Below, piece by piece: positions 47,399 to 57,247 of a stretch of DNA of 64,000 bases. Source of the DNA: an uncultured Clostridia bacterium (GTDB taxonomy: Bacteria; Bacillota; Clostridia; UMGS1883; UMGS1540). The notes beneath the pieces are model-generated. The model was given only the letters and a program-made list of their open reading frames with translations, made no database searches and was not told the origin of the DNA. The stretch covers positions 1,869 to 65,868 of the forward strand of contig CALCLY010000031.1 of assembly GCA_937966555.1 (NCBI GenBank). Direction: 5' to 3'. Both the position numbers and the translations under genes were made by a program. Numbering within the stretch: the stretch's first letter is position 1; every line of letters starts with the position of its first letter.

Positions 47399-47842
47399 AT
47401 GAACTATACTATAGGCGAAATGGCAAAAAAAATCGGTGTTGCTCCTTCTGCGCTTCGGTATTATGATAAAGAAGGACTTCTCCCCTTTGTTGAGAGAAGC
47501 GAAGGCGGCATAAGAATGTTTAAAGACAGCGATATCGAATGGCTCAACATAATAGAATGTCTTAAAAAAACAGGTATGTCCATAAAAGAAATAAAAAAAT
47601 TTATAGACTGGTGCATTGAAGGCGATTCGACAATTGACAAGCGACTTGCACTCATAGACAAGCAGCGCAAAAATGTTATACTGCAAATACGCCGTATGCG
47701 CGAAACGCTCGCCCTTTTAAACTACAAACACTGGTACTATGAAACGGCAAAAGCCGCCGGAACATGCGCTATACATAAAGAAATGAACTTTTCGGATATT
47801 CCGGAGGAATTTCGGGCAGCCAAAGAAAAAATCATCAGTTAA
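47399..47842 (+). CDS. MerR-family transcriptional regulator, AdhR-like (single conserved Cys near residue 54)
   Basis: YTIGEMAKKIGVAPSALRYYDKEGLL HTH. Short coiled-coil. NIIECLKKTG has a Cys at the position of the redox-/aldehyde-sensing Cys of AdhR-type regulators. Confidence 0.75.
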   Translation: MNYTIGEMAKKIGVAPSALRYYDKEGLLPFVERSEGGIRMFKDSDIEWLNIIECLKKTGMSIKEIKKFIDWCIEGDSTIDKRLALIDKQRKNVILQIRRMRETLALLNYKHWYYETAKAAGTCAIHKEMNFSDIPEEFRAAKEKIIS

Positions 47843-48299
47843 TCAAATAAACGGCAAAATTAAGATAACCGGCAAAAGCTGTCCATATTATATAAGGAAT
47901 CTGAATATATGCGGCAATCTTTGAAATTTTAAAAAAACACACAGTCATTGCAATTATAAAACCCAGCATTATGCAAAGCCATATGAAGGCAAATAAAAAA
48001 GCATTAACTTTAAAAAACCAAATGCTCCACATAAAATTAAAAAGCAGCTGTATCACATAAATAGTTATACACAGACCCTTTTCGTTATCATCTCCGCCGG
48101 ATGTTATAATTATCGACACACCGACAGCCATCAAAACATAAAGAACAGTCCATACTATCGGGAACAAAGCGGAAGGCGGCGTTAAAAAAGGCTTGCGTAT
48201 TTGTTCAAACGACGTCATATTGCCCGAAAGCCATGCCGAAATCCCTCCCGCCGCAAGCGTGAGAATAATGCTCAGTATAAAAACGTTTCTTTTTTTCAT
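47835..48299 (-). CDS. TspO/MBR (tryptophan-rich sensory protein) family membrane protein
   Basis: FEQIRKPFLTPPSALFPIVWTVLYVLMAVGV and following Trp-rich helices; 154 aa. Confidence 0.85.
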   Translation of the reverse strand: MKKRNVFILSIILTLAAGGISAWLSGNMTSFEQIRKPFLTPPSALFPIVWTVLYVLMAVGVSIIITSGGDDNEKGLCITIYVIQLLFNFMWSIWFFKVNAFLFAFIWLCIMLGFIIAMTVCFFKISKIAAYIQIPYIIWTAFAGYLNFAVYLIN

Positions 48300-48437
48300 G
48301 ACATTCTCCTTTTTTACCCTTTTTCTTCATAATCTTATTATATGATTTGTTTTAATTTTTTATTATTTAATTTTTCTACATAAAAAAATATATTTGTGCA
48401 ATACTATGTTTGAAATTCAAACGGGGTGCTTATATTT

Positions 48438-49112
48438 ATGAAAAGAAAGCAAAAAATAATTTCATTAATTGCATCAGCGGTTTTGGTGTGTTCATTTGCG
48501 GCAAACAGTCCCAAAACGCGTGAAGCTTTGTCAAAATTCGGCTCTACAGGAGCGGAAGTTACAAATATACAAAAAAAGCTTTCCGCCTGGGGTTATTACA
48601 GCGGCAGCATAGACGGAATATACGGTTCCGGAACAATGAATGCGGTAAAAAAATTTCAGTCCAAAAACGGCCTCACGCCCGACGGAATTGCGGGACCCGC
48701 AACCCTAAGCAAAATGGGAATTCAAAGTTCCTCCGGCACAGGATCTCAGAATTCCTCGCAAAGTTCAACCGTAAATCTTCTTGCCATGGCCATAAACGGC
48801 GAAGCACGCGGAGAGCCGTATATAGGGCAGGTTGCGGTCGGCGCGGTTATTTTAAACCGTGTAGAACATTCCTCTTTTCCGAATACGGTGGCAGGCGTAA
48901 TCTATCAGCCGGGAGCTTTTACAGCAGTATCAGACGGGCAGATAAACGCGGCAATGACCGACAGCTGTATTCGTGCCGCACAGGACGCTTTAAACGGCTG
49001 GGACCCCGTTGGAGGCGCTATATACTATTATAACCCGGTTACTGCCACAAACAAATGGATACGCACAAGACCGGTTATAACCACAATAGGAAAGCATGTA
49101 TTTTGTAATTAA
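48438..49112 (+). CDS. SleB-like cell-wall hydrolase with N-terminal peptidoglycan-binding domain
   Basis: PG_binding_1 (GAEVTNIQKKLSAWGYYSGSIDGIYGSGTMNAVKKFQSKNGLTPDGIAGPATL) + Hydrolase_2/SleB domain (NGEARGEPYIGQVAVGAVILNRVEHSSFPNTVAGVIYQPGAFTAV). Confidence 0.8.
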   Translation: MKRKQKIISLIASAVLVCSFAANSPKTREALSKFGSTGAEVTNIQKKLSAWGYYSGSIDGIYGSGTMNAVKKFQSKNGLTPDGIAGPATLSKMGIQSSSGTGSQNSSQSSTVNLLAMAINGEARGEPYIGQVAVGAVILNRVEHSSFPNTVAGVIYQPGAFTAVSDGQINAAMTDSCIRAAQDALNGWDPVGGAIYYYNPVTATNKWIRTRPVITTIGKHVFCN

Positions 49113-49129
49113 AAAGGAGATTTAAGCTT

Positions 49130-49303
49130 ATGTCAAAAAACGGATTTGTTGTAGGACTTATTTCAGGAGCCGTTGTAGGCTCGGTTGTAGGCATGGTTGC
49201 CGACCCCATCAAAGATAAGCAGAGCAAAGCTCTCAAAAAAGGTACCACAAAAGCATTTAAAACGCTTGGAAGCGTAATAGATACGATAATAGATTCTAAC
49301 TGA
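49130..49303 (+). CDS. Small glycine-zipper membrane protein, 57 aa (MSKNGFVVGLISGAVVGSVVGMVADPIKDKQSKALKKGTTKAFKTLGSVIDTIIDSN)
   Basis: Missed by the ORF track (<60 aa). Strong RBS AAAAAGGAGA lies 8 nt upstream of ATG, and a terminator follows. Confidence 0.5.
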   Translation: MSKNGFVVGLISGAVVGSVVGMVADPIKDKQSKALKKGTTKAFKTLGSVIDTIIDSN

Positions 49304-49349
49304 CAAAAAAACCGGCATAAGGGGATGTTAAAAAACTCCCGAACGTCTA

Positions 49350-49390
49350 AAAAATGGGTAGTGGCATTAGCCACAGCCCATTTTTTGTTT
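49350..49390 (+). terminator. Rho-independent terminator AAAATGGGTAGTGGCATTAGCCACAGCCCATTTTTTGTTTT
   Basis: Nested stem (GUGGC/GCCAC inside AUGGG/CCCAU) followed by U6-GUUUU. Confidence 0.7.
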
Positions 49391-49438
49391 TGCAACAGCC
49401 AAATCCTTTTTTAAAAAAGAGCAATTTAACACTTGACT

Positions 49439-49467
49439 TGTTACTTTTTTTCATGTATAATATATTT
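49439..49467 (+). promoter_or_regulatory. Consensus sigma-A promoter (TTGACT 49439-49444, 17-nt spacer, TATAAT 49462-49467) for the DeoR / dehydrogenase cluster
   Basis: Perfect -10 and near-perfect -35, ~55 nt upstream of the DeoR TTG start. Confidence 0.5.
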
Positions 49468-49523
49468 GTGTGTTAAAAATTATCAAATTCTATGTTACAA
49501 AATGTTCTTTGGGGGTGTAAGTT

Positions 49524-50279
49524 TTGAAAGACAGACGTGAAAAAATCAACAAGTACATAATCTCAAAGGGCTTTGTAACACTTACGGAACTTTCCTCTCT
49601 GTTCCCGGAGGTTTCGACAATGACTTTAAGGCGCGATCTCGAATATCTCGAAGACGCGGGAGAAATCATAAGAACACGCGGCGGAGCAAAAAGCATAATG
49701 CACCTTTCAATGAAAAAGGAAGAAGCGTATAACAGACGCGAATTCGTAAATCCTTCGCTTAAAGCGGAGATAGGCAAAAAAGTTGCCGGACTTATTGAAG
49801 ACAACAGCTGCGTTTTTTTTGACGCCGGAAGCACAGTAATGCAGGTTGCAAAAGAAATGGGGCAAAAACCTCTTTTTGCAATTACAAGCGGTCCGAATAT
49901 CGCAATGGAACTTACTAAAAACAAGAACTGCGACATAAGCGTTGTATGCGGCCATCTTAATCCCGACAACATTTCGCTTTCGGGTCTTCATTCGGTTGAG
50001 TTTTTAAAAGGTCTTAACATAGGTACTGCGATTATAGCCGCATCGGGTTTTACAAAAAACTGCGGTTTTACATGCGGCAGCTATGACGAATGCGAATTAA
50101 AGCGCGCCGCTGTGCAAATGGCAAGCCGCGTTATAATAGTGATGGACAGCACAAAGCTCGGTAAAAGCCATCCTTTTACTTTTGCAGAACCGTCGGATGC
50201 AGACTATTTTGTAACCGATGACGGATTTGATAAAAAAACCGCCGAAAATCTTACACAGATCGGCGTTAAAGTTTTGTGA
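49524..50279 (+). CDS. DeoR/GlpR-family transcriptional regulator
   Basis: N-terminal HTH (KINKYIISKGFVTLTELSSLFPEVSTMTLRRDLEYLEDAGEIIRTRGGA) + DeoR C-terminal sugar-phosphate-binding domain. Confidence 0.85.
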   Translation: MKDRREKINKYIISKGFVTLTELSSLFPEVSTMTLRRDLEYLEDAGEIIRTRGGAKSIMHLSMKKEEAYNRREFVNPSLKAEIGKKVAGLIEDNSCVFFDAGSTVMQVAKEMGQKPLFAITSGPNIAMELTKNKNCDISVVCGHLNPDNISLSGLHSVEFLKGLNIGTAIIAASGFTKNCGFTCGSYDECELKRAAVQMASRVIIVMDSTKLGKSHPFTFAEPSDADYFVTDDGFDKKTAENLTQIGVKVL

Positions 50280-50316
50280 AAAACAAATAATAATATATTT
50301 TAGGAGTTGAACTATT

Positions 50317-51576
50317 ATGAAAACAAAAGCGCTGAGGCTCTACGGAAAAAACGATTTGCGTCTTGAAGAATTTGAGCTTCCGGAAATCCGCGACGATGAA
50401 ATACTCGCCAAAGTTGTTTCGGACTCTATCTGCATGTCGTCTTACAAAGCGACCATACAGGGCGCAGACCACAAGCGCGTTCCGAACGACGTAAGCGAAA
50501 ATCCGATAATCATCGGTCACGAATTCTGCGGAGAAATAATTAAGACAGGCAGCAAATGGGCAGACGAATGGAAACCGGGACAGCGTTTCTCAATCCAGCC
50601 CGCAATAAACTATAAAGGCAGTCTTGCCGCTCCGGGATATTCATATAAATACATAGGCGGTCAGGCTACATACGTAATAATCCCTCACGAATTCATGGAA
50701 ATGAGTTGCCTCCTTCACTATGCGGGCGATGCATTTTTCTACGGTTCTCTTGCTGAGCCGATGAGCTGTATCGTTGGCGGCTACCACGCTCAGTATCATA
50801 CGGAAAACGGCTGCTATGTTCACAAGATGGGCATTGTTGAAGGCGGAAACATGGCAATTCTGGCCGGCGCAGGCCCCATGGGTATGGGAGCGATAGACTA
50901 TGCAATACACGGTCCTCGCAAGCCGAAAATGCTCGTTGTTACGGACATAGATGATGCAAGACTTAACCGTGCCGCAAGCATTCTGACACCCGAAGATGCT
51001 GCCAAAAACGGAGTTGAGCTTATTTATCTCAACACTTCCGACAAGACTGCGGCAGATATGCGCGCCATGACAGACGGAAAAGGTTTTGACGATGTTTATG
51101 TTTATGCGCCCGTTCGCCCCGTTGTTGAAATGGGTAACGATATTTTGGGCAAAGACGGCTGTCTGAACTTCTTTGCAGGTCCGACAAACCCTGATTTTAA
51201 AGCAGAATTTAACTTTTATAATGTTCACTATGCATCAACTCATATTGTAGGAACATCGGGCGGCAACACGGACGATATGAAAGAAGCTTTGTCGCTTATG
51301 GAAAAAGGTCTTGTAAACCCCGCCGCTATGATCACTCACATAGGCGGACTTGACGCAGCCGGCGAAGCCACGCAGCATCTCCCCGAAATCAAAGGCGGCA
51401 AAAAGCTTATATACACACATATAAGCCTTCCCCTTACGGCAATTTCGGATTTTGAAGAACTCGGTAAAACAAATGAGCTTTTCAAAAATCTTGCAGAAAT
51501 AGTTAAAAGATATAACGGTCTCTGGAACACGGAAGCCGAAAAGTATTTACTTTCGCACTTGGCGGAAACTGAGTAA
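50317..51576 (+). CDS. Zn-dependent medium-chain alcohol/polyol dehydrogenase (butanediol/sorbitol DH-like) with ~60-aa C-terminal extension
   Basis: GHEFCGEI catalytic-zinc motif. Structural-zinc Cys absent/modified. NAD Rossmann GAGPMGMGAIDYA. 419 aa vs a typical ~350. Confidence 0.8.
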   Translation: MKTKALRLYGKNDLRLEEFELPEIRDDEILAKVVSDSICMSSYKATIQGADHKRVPNDVSENPIIIGHEFCGEIIKTGSKWADEWKPGQRFSIQPAINYKGSLAAPGYSYKYIGGQATYVIIPHEFMEMSCLLHYAGDAFFYGSLAEPMSCIVGGYHAQYHTENGCYVHKMGIVEGGNMAILAGAGPMGMGAIDYAIHGPRKPKMLVVTDIDDARLNRAASILTPEDAAKNGVELIYLNTSDKTAADMRAMTDGKGFDDVYVYAPVRPVVEMGNDILGKDGCLNFFAGPTNPDFKAEFNFYNVHYASTHIVGTSGGNTDDMKEALSLMEKGLVNPAAMITHIGGLDAAGEATQHLPEIKGGKKLIYTHISLPLTAISDFEELGKTNELFKNLAEIVKRYNGLWNTEAEKYLLSHLAETE

Positions 51577-51647
51577 TCCCAATACAAAAACAATTCATCA
51601 TTAGCTCGTGATGATATTAAAAATTTGAGCAGGAAAGGATTTTTTTA

Positions 51648-52952
51648 ATGGCAACACCAATTATTATGCCAAAGCAGGGACAATCGGTTGAAAGCTGTAT
51701 TATCTCTAAATGGCACAAACAGAAAGGCGATAAAGTCAATATCGGCGATATGCTGTTTTCTTACGAAACCGACAAAGCCGCTTTCGATGAAGAAGCAAGC
51801 GTTGAAGGCACTCTTCTTGACGTTTTCTTTGAAGAAGGCGACGATGTGCCCTGTCTCACAAACGTATGTGTTATAGGCAATGACGGGGAAAGCACTGCCG
51901 AATTCAAGCCTGCGTCCGAAGACGATGACGATGCTCCGGCAGTTGCTGAAAGCACGCCCGAAGCAGAATCCGAAAAACCGGCTGTAACGGTTAATACAAG
52001 CGGAGACACAAAAGCCTCCCCCAGAGCACGTGCATTGGCAGACGCTAAAGGCATTGACATTTCCGCCGTTGCACCGACAGGTCCTTACGGAAGAATTATA
52101 GAAAGAGATGTTCGCGCATATGCCGAAAGCGGTGTCGGCGCTGTTATGGGAAGCGACATTGCCGGCGTTTCCGGCACGGGAATCGGCGGAAAAGTCCGTA
52201 TAGAAGATCTCGGCAAGGCTGCTCCCGTTGCCGCTGCGGCTCCGGTTGCTGCGGAAGCTGAAATTACGGAAGTTCCGATTTCTAACATCCGCAAAGTTAT
52301 TGCAAAGAGCATGCATGCTTCTCTCTCCGAAATGGCACAGCTTACCTTGAACACTTCGTTTGACGCAACAGAAATCATGGCATTTCGTGCAAAGGTTAAA
52401 GCGGCAGGCGAAAAACTCGGTCTTGCAAATATCACATTGAACGACATTATCCTTTATGTTGTTTCAAGAGTGCTTTTAAACCACAAAGACTTAAATGCGC
52501 ACTTCACAGGTACTTCAATGAAATATTTCAGCAAAGTAAACCTCGGTGTTGCCGTTGATACTCCGCGCGGTCTTATGGTTCCCACAATTTTTGCAGCTTC
52601 CGATAAATCACTCAACGAAATTGCAAAAGAAAGCAAAGAACTTGCATCGGCTGCCCAGAGCGGCACCATCAGCCCCGACCTTTTAACCGGCGGTTCATTC
52701 ACCGTTACAAACTTAGGCTCAATGGGCATAGAGTCGTTTACACCTGTAATAAATCCGCCTCAGACGGGAATTTTGGGTGTTGACGGCATAACAACAGGCA
52801 TTAAGGAAGTAAACGGAGAAATAAAGACATACAAGAAAATGGGTCTTTCTCTCACATTCGATCACAGAGCGGTTGACGGCGCTCCCGCCGCAAAAATGCT
52901 TCGTGATGTTGCATTCGGGCTCGAAAACTTCAGCCTGATGCTTTCAAAATAA
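51648..52952 (+). CDS. Dihydrolipoamide acyltransferase (E2) of a 2-oxoacid/acetoin dehydrogenase complex
   Basis: Lipoyl domain (ETDKAAFDEEASVEGTLL), Ala/Pro-rich linkers, E3-binding domain, catalytic domain with DHRAVDGA. Confidence 0.9.
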   Translation: MATPIIMPKQGQSVESCIISKWHKQKGDKVNIGDMLFSYETDKAAFDEEASVEGTLLDVFFEEGDDVPCLTNVCVIGNDGESTAEFKPASEDDDDAPAVAESTPEAESEKPAVTVNTSGDTKASPRARALADAKGIDISAVAPTGPYGRIIERDVRAYAESGVGAVMGSDIAGVSGTGIGGKVRIEDLGKAAPVAAAAPVAAEAEITEVPISNIRKVIAKSMHASLSEMAQLTLNTSFDATEIMAFRAKVKAAGEKLGLANITLNDIILYVVSRVLLNHKDLNAHFTGTSMKYFSKVNLGVAVDTPRGLMVPTIFAASDKSLNEIAKESKELASAAQSGTISPDLLTGGSFTVTNLGSMGIESFTPVINPPQTGILGVDGITTGIKEVNGEIKTYKKMGLSLTFDHRAVDGAPAAKMLRDVAFGLENFSLMLSK

Positions 52953-52972
52953 TAAAAGCGAGGTAATTTGTC

Positions 52973-54337
52973 ATGAAATATGATTTAATAGTTCTCGGCG
53001 GAGGTCCTGCCGGATACTTGGCGGGAGAACGTGCCGCACATGCGGGACTTAAAACCCTTGTTATAGAAGAACGTGCTTTCGGCGGTGTTTGCTTAAACGA
53101 AGGCTGCGTTCCCTCAAAGTCCCTTCTTTACTGCGCCAAGGCATATGACTACACAAAACATGCAAAAGATTACGGCATTACCGTTTCGGAATCTTCAATA
53201 GATCAAAAAGCTGTTGTGGAAAGAAAAAACAAGGTTGTAAAAACTCTTGTTTCGGGAATTGAAATGCAACTTAAAGCATGCAAGTGCGATACACTTAAGG
53301 CACGCGGTAAAATAACCGGCAAAAGCTCCGAAGGATATACGGTTGATGCCGACGGAAAAACATACACATGCGCAAAGCTTCTCATTGCAACGGGAAGCGA
53401 AGCAATTGTTCCCCCCATTGACGGTGTTGCGGACGGAGTGAAGAGCGGTCATGTCCTCACAAACCGTGAAATCCTGGATCTTACCGAAATCCCGAAAACG
53501 CTTGTTGTTGTTGGCGGCGGTGTAATAGGTCTTGAAATGGCTTCGTATTTTAATTCCGTGGGAACGGAAGTTACGGTTGTTGAAATGCTTGATCATATTG
53601 CAGGTCCCACAGACAGCGACATAAGCTCGATACTTCAGAAAAACTACGAAAAGAAAGGCATAAAATTCAATCTCGGCGCAAAAGTCACACGCGTTACACC
53701 TGATGCGGTTGAATTTGAAAAAGGCGGCAAAACCGAGTCTGTTTCCGCCGAAAAAGTTCTCCTTTCCATCGGAAGACGCGCAAGAACGCGTGACATCGGT
53801 CTTGAAACAATCGGCGTTTTGCTTGACAGAGGCAAGATTGTAACAGACGAATACATGAAAACAAATATTCCCGGCGTATATGCGACAGGCGATGTAAACG
53901 GCAAAATCATGCTTGCTCACACGGCGTACAGAGAAACCGAAGTTGCAATAAACAATATGCTCGGCAAACGCGATATTATGCGTTATGACGCAATTCCTTC
54001 GGTTATATACACAAATCCCGAAGTAGGCTCCGTAGGTCTTACGGAAAAAGCCGCAAAAGATGCGGGATACGATATAGCGGTTGTTAAAACTCCCATGGCT
54101 TACAGCGGCAGATACATTGCCGAAGGCGGCGGAGACGGAATCTGCAAACTTGTTGTAGACAAGAAATATAACAGACTTTTGGGTGTTCATGTAATAGGTA
54201 ACTATGCTTCGGAATTCATTGTTGCAGCTTCAATTCTCGTTGAAACTCAGATGAGAATCGATGACATAAAAGAACTTGTATTCCCCCACCCCACAGTTTG
54301 TGAAATCATAAAAGAAGCAATATTTCAGCTTAAATAG
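52973..54337 (+). CDS. lpdA: Dihydrolipoyl dehydrogenase (E3)
   Basis: FAD motif VLGGGPAGY, redox disulfide GGVCLNEGCVPSK, NAD motif, C-terminal His-Pro-x-x-x-x-Glu (HPHPTVCE). Confidence 0.95.
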   Translation: MKYDLIVLGGGPAGYLAGERAAHAGLKTLVIEERAFGGVCLNEGCVPSKSLLYCAKAYDYTKHAKDYGITVSESSIDQKAVVERKNKVVKTLVSGIEMQLKACKCDTLKARGKITGKSSEGYTVDADGKTYTCAKLLIATGSEAIVPPIDGVADGVKSGHVLTNREILDLTEIPKTLVVVGGGVIGLEMASYFNSVGTEVTVVEMLDHIAGPTDSDISSILQKNYEKKGIKFNLGAKVTRVTPDAVEFEKGGKTESVSAEKVLLSIGRRARTRDIGLETIGVLLDRGKIVTDEYMKTNIPGVYATGDVNGKIMLAHTAYRETEVAINNMLGKRDIMRYDAIPSVIYTNPEVGSVGLTEKAAKDAGYDIAVVKTPMAYSGRYIAEGGGDGICKLVVDKKYNRLLGVHVIGNYASEFIVAASILVETQMRIDDIKELVFPHPTVCEIIKEAIFQLK

Positions 54338-54364
54338 CATTTGATTAGAAAGGATTGATTAAAA

Positions 54365-56839
54365 GTGACAAAGTCATTATTCGTTGACCCTAATGAAGTC
54401 AGAAAACCCGGCAAAATCAAATTTACGGATATTCCCGTAAACCAGTACAAAAAAACAATTAAAGAGGAAAGCAGCAATTATTCAAATGCGGATTTCATGC
54501 GTATCTACCGCGATATGCGCATAATCCGTGAATTTGAAACAATGCTTTACAACATCAAAACAGCAGGAAATTATAACGAGATTGAATATAACAATCCCGG
54601 TCCCGCCCACCTTTCCATGGGCCAGGAGGCTTCAGCTGTAGGCCAGGCATATCTGCTTGACAAAGATGATAATATTTTCGGTTCACACAGAAGCCACGGC
54701 GAAATACTTGCAAAAGGTCTTTCCGCAATTGAAAAACTTTCCGATGATGAACTTATTTCAATTATGGAAAGCTTCTTGGGCGGCGCAACACTTCGCGTTG
54801 TTGAAGGCAAACAGAAAGACAAATCAAATGTTAAAGAACTCGCTATGGACTTCCTTCTCTACGGAGCGCTTGCAGAAGTATTCGCAAGAGAAACCGGATT
54901 TAACAAAGGTTTCGGCGGCTCAATGCACGCTTTCTTTACTCCCTTCGGAATTTATCCGAACAACGCTATAGTAGGCGGCTCGGCAACAATTGCAATGGGT
55001 GCTGCACTCTATAAGAGAGTAAACAAAAAAAGCGGCATAGTAATTTCCAATGTCGGAGACGCTTCCATGGGATGCGGTCCTGTTTGGGAAGCTCTTAATA
55101 TGTCCGCAATGGATCAGTATAAAACTCTTTGGGAAAAGGGTTATGACGCAGGTCTGCCGATTATCTTCAACTTCTTCAACAACTTCTACGGAATGGGCGG
55201 TCAGACATTCGGCGAGACAATGGCTTATCACTTCCTCGCACGTGTCGGTGCAGGTGTTAACCCCGAACAGATGCATGCCGAAAGAATCGACGGATACAAT
55301 CCTCTTGCAGTTATTGACGCTATGCGCCGCAAGATTGATATTATCAAAGAAAACAAGGGTCCCGTTCTTCTCGATACGGTTACATATCGTATGGCAGGTC
55401 ACTCACCGTCCGATGCTGACAGCTACAGAACAAAAGAAGAGAAAGACGCATGGGCGGAGCATGATGTACTTGTAAATTACAAAGCTAAACTTATCGACGC
55501 AGGCGTTGCAAAAGAAGAAGACTTTGCCGCAGCCGATGCTGATATCATTGAAAGAATGATGAAAGTTTGCCGTCTTGCAATAGATGACGAAGTTTCACCG
55601 CGCATCGACTTAAACCGCGATCCCGCCGCTATCGAAAGACTCATGTTCTCTAACGAGACTGTAGAAAAATTCGATGACAGGGAGCCCGAAGTTTTAATGC
55701 CCCTGGAAGAGAATCCCAGAGTTCAGCAGATTGCTAAACGTTCGCGCTGGGGATTTGACGCCAAAGGCAAACCTGTTTCAAAGAACAAAGTGTTCCAGCT
55801 GCGTGACGGTCTTTTTGAAGCTATTATAGACAGATTCTATAAAGATCCCACATTGGTTGCATACGGAGAGGACAACCGTGACTGGGGCGGCGCATATGCT
55901 GTTTACCGCGGACTTACGGAGGCTCTTCCCTACCACCGCTTCTTCAATGCTCCGATTTCCGAGGCAGCAATTGTCGGCAGCGCCGTAGGTTATGCAATGA
56001 GCGGCGGACGCGTGCTTGCCGAAATCATGTACTGCGACTTTATAGGCCGTGCCGGCGACGAAATATTCAACCAGCTTGCAAAATGGCAGTCAATGAGTGC
56101 AGGTATACTCAAAATGCCTGTGGTTATCCGTGTTTCCGTTGGAAGCAAATACGGCGCTCAGCACTCTCAGGACTGGACTTCGATTTGCGCTCATATACCC
56201 GGACTTAAAGTTGCGTTCCCCGCAACTCCTTATGACGCTAAGGGTCTTATGGCTTCGGCTCTTTCCGGAACCGACCCCGTTATATTCTTTGAAAGTCAGA
56301 GAATATATGACGTCGGCGAGCAGTTCCACGAGGGCGGCGTTCCCGAAGGTTATTATGAAATCCCCTTCGGCGAACCGGATGTCAAACGCACAGGTTCGGA
56401 TGTAACAATCCTCACAATCGGTGCAACTCTTTACAGAGCACTTAAAGCTGCCGATGTGCTGAAAGAAAAATACGGCATCAGCGCCGAAGTTATAGACGCT
56501 CGCTCAATAGTTCCCTTTAACTATGAAAAGGTATTGGAAAGCGTTAAAAAGACAGGCAGAATCGTTCTTGCAAGTGATGCTTGCGAACGCGGCTCTCACC
56601 TCAAAGACATTGCTCAGAACATAAGCGAAATGGCGTTTGATTATCTTGACGCTCCTCCCGTTGTTGTAGGTGCGCGCAACTGGATAACACCCGCCCATGA
56701 GCTTGAAAACTTCTTCTTCCCGCAGCCCGAATGGATTATTGACGCTATAAACGAAAAAATTCTTCCTCTTCCGGGTCATGTTGCAACAGAAAACTTCACT
56801 TCTGTTGAACAGGAAAGAAGAAACAAACTAGGTGTTTGA
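54365..56839 (+). CDS. Fused E1 alpha-beta component (TPP-dependent 2-oxoacid/acetoin dehydrogenase E1, 824 aa)
   Basis: The N-terminal half is an E1-alpha dehydrogenase with TPP motif GDASMGCG...N. A ~50-aa linker follows, then an E1-beta transketolase-like pyrimidine-binding and C-terminal domain ([18 protein letters not shown]...). Confidence 0.85.
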   Translation: MTKSLFVDPNEVRKPGKIKFTDIPVNQYKKTIKEESSNYSNADFMRIYRDMRIIREFETMLYNIKTAGNYNEIEYNNPGPAHLSMGQEASAVGQAYLLDKDDNIFGSHRSHGEILAKGLSAIEKLSDDELISIMESFLGGATLRVVEGKQKDKSNVKELAMDFLLYGALAEVFARETGFNKGFGGSMHAFFTPFGIYPNNAIVGGSATIAMGAALYKRVNKKSGIVISNVGDASMGCGPVWEALNMSAMDQYKTLWEKGYDAGLPIIFNFFNNFYGMGGQTFGETMAYHFLARVGAGVNPEQMHAERIDGYNPLAVIDAMRRKIDIIKENKGPVLLDTVTYRMAGHSPSDADSYRTKEEKDAWAEHDVLVNYKAKLIDAGVAKEEDFAAADADIIERMMKVCRLAIDDEVSPRIDLNRDPAAIERLMFSNETVEKFDDREPEVLMPLEENPRVQQIAKRSRWGFDAKGKPVSKNKVFQLRDGLFEAIIDRFYKDPTLVAYGEDNRDWGGAYAVYRGLTEALPYHRFFNAPISEAAIVGSAVGYAMSGGRVLAEIMYCDFIGRAGDEIFNQLAKWQSMSAGILKMPVVIRVSVGSKYGAQHSQDWTSICAHIPGLKVAFPATPYDAKGLMASALSGTDPVIFFESQRIYDVGEQFHEGGVPEGYYEIPFGEPDVKRTGSDVTILTIGATLYRALKAADVLKEKYGISAEVIDARSIVPFNYEKVLESVKKTGRIVLASDACERGSHLKDIAQNISEMAFDYLDAPPVVVGARNWITPAHELENFFFPQPEWIIDAINEKILPLPGHVATENFTSVEQERRNKLGV

Positions 56840-56927
56840 TAACAGCTTGTCGGACAAGGCGGAATGAATAATCTGTATTTTATAAAAAATACGGGATTAA
56901 ACTGAAGCTGTGCGAGATATAAAAAGC

Positions 56928-56990
56928 AAACGGCCGCTCGCATCGCCCGGAAATCCGGGTTACTGCGAGCAGCCGTTTATTCGTTTTTAA
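56928..56990 (+). terminator. Rho-independent terminator (15-bp stem AAACGGCCGCTCGCA / TGCGAGCAGCCGTTT with nested CCCGGAAATCCGGG) + ATTCGTTTTT
   Basis: Long stem-loop ~90 nt after the E1 stop. Confidence 0.7.
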
Positions 56991-57247
56991 GACACAGACT
57001 TTGCGACCTCTGCGCATTGTATGCGTATGTGCGGCTTGAATAATCGTATCCGCAGGCCGTTCATACACAAAACGGTGATGTCGCTGTGCGACTGCATTAC
57101 AGATTACAAAATAAAAAGAGCGAAAAATCAGCTTTTAAAAACCAATCTTTCGCAGCAATGCGCTAAAATGCCCGTTAACAGAGCACGTACATAAGTTAAA
57201 CGCAAAACCCGCCTCCGTGTCGGATTTAAAAAAAAATTTTTTCTTCC

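Noticed and set aside
49075-49395. Minus-strand 106-aa ORF
   Set aside because: Antisense to the RBS-supported small + strand gene and to the terminator hairpin; no translation signals.
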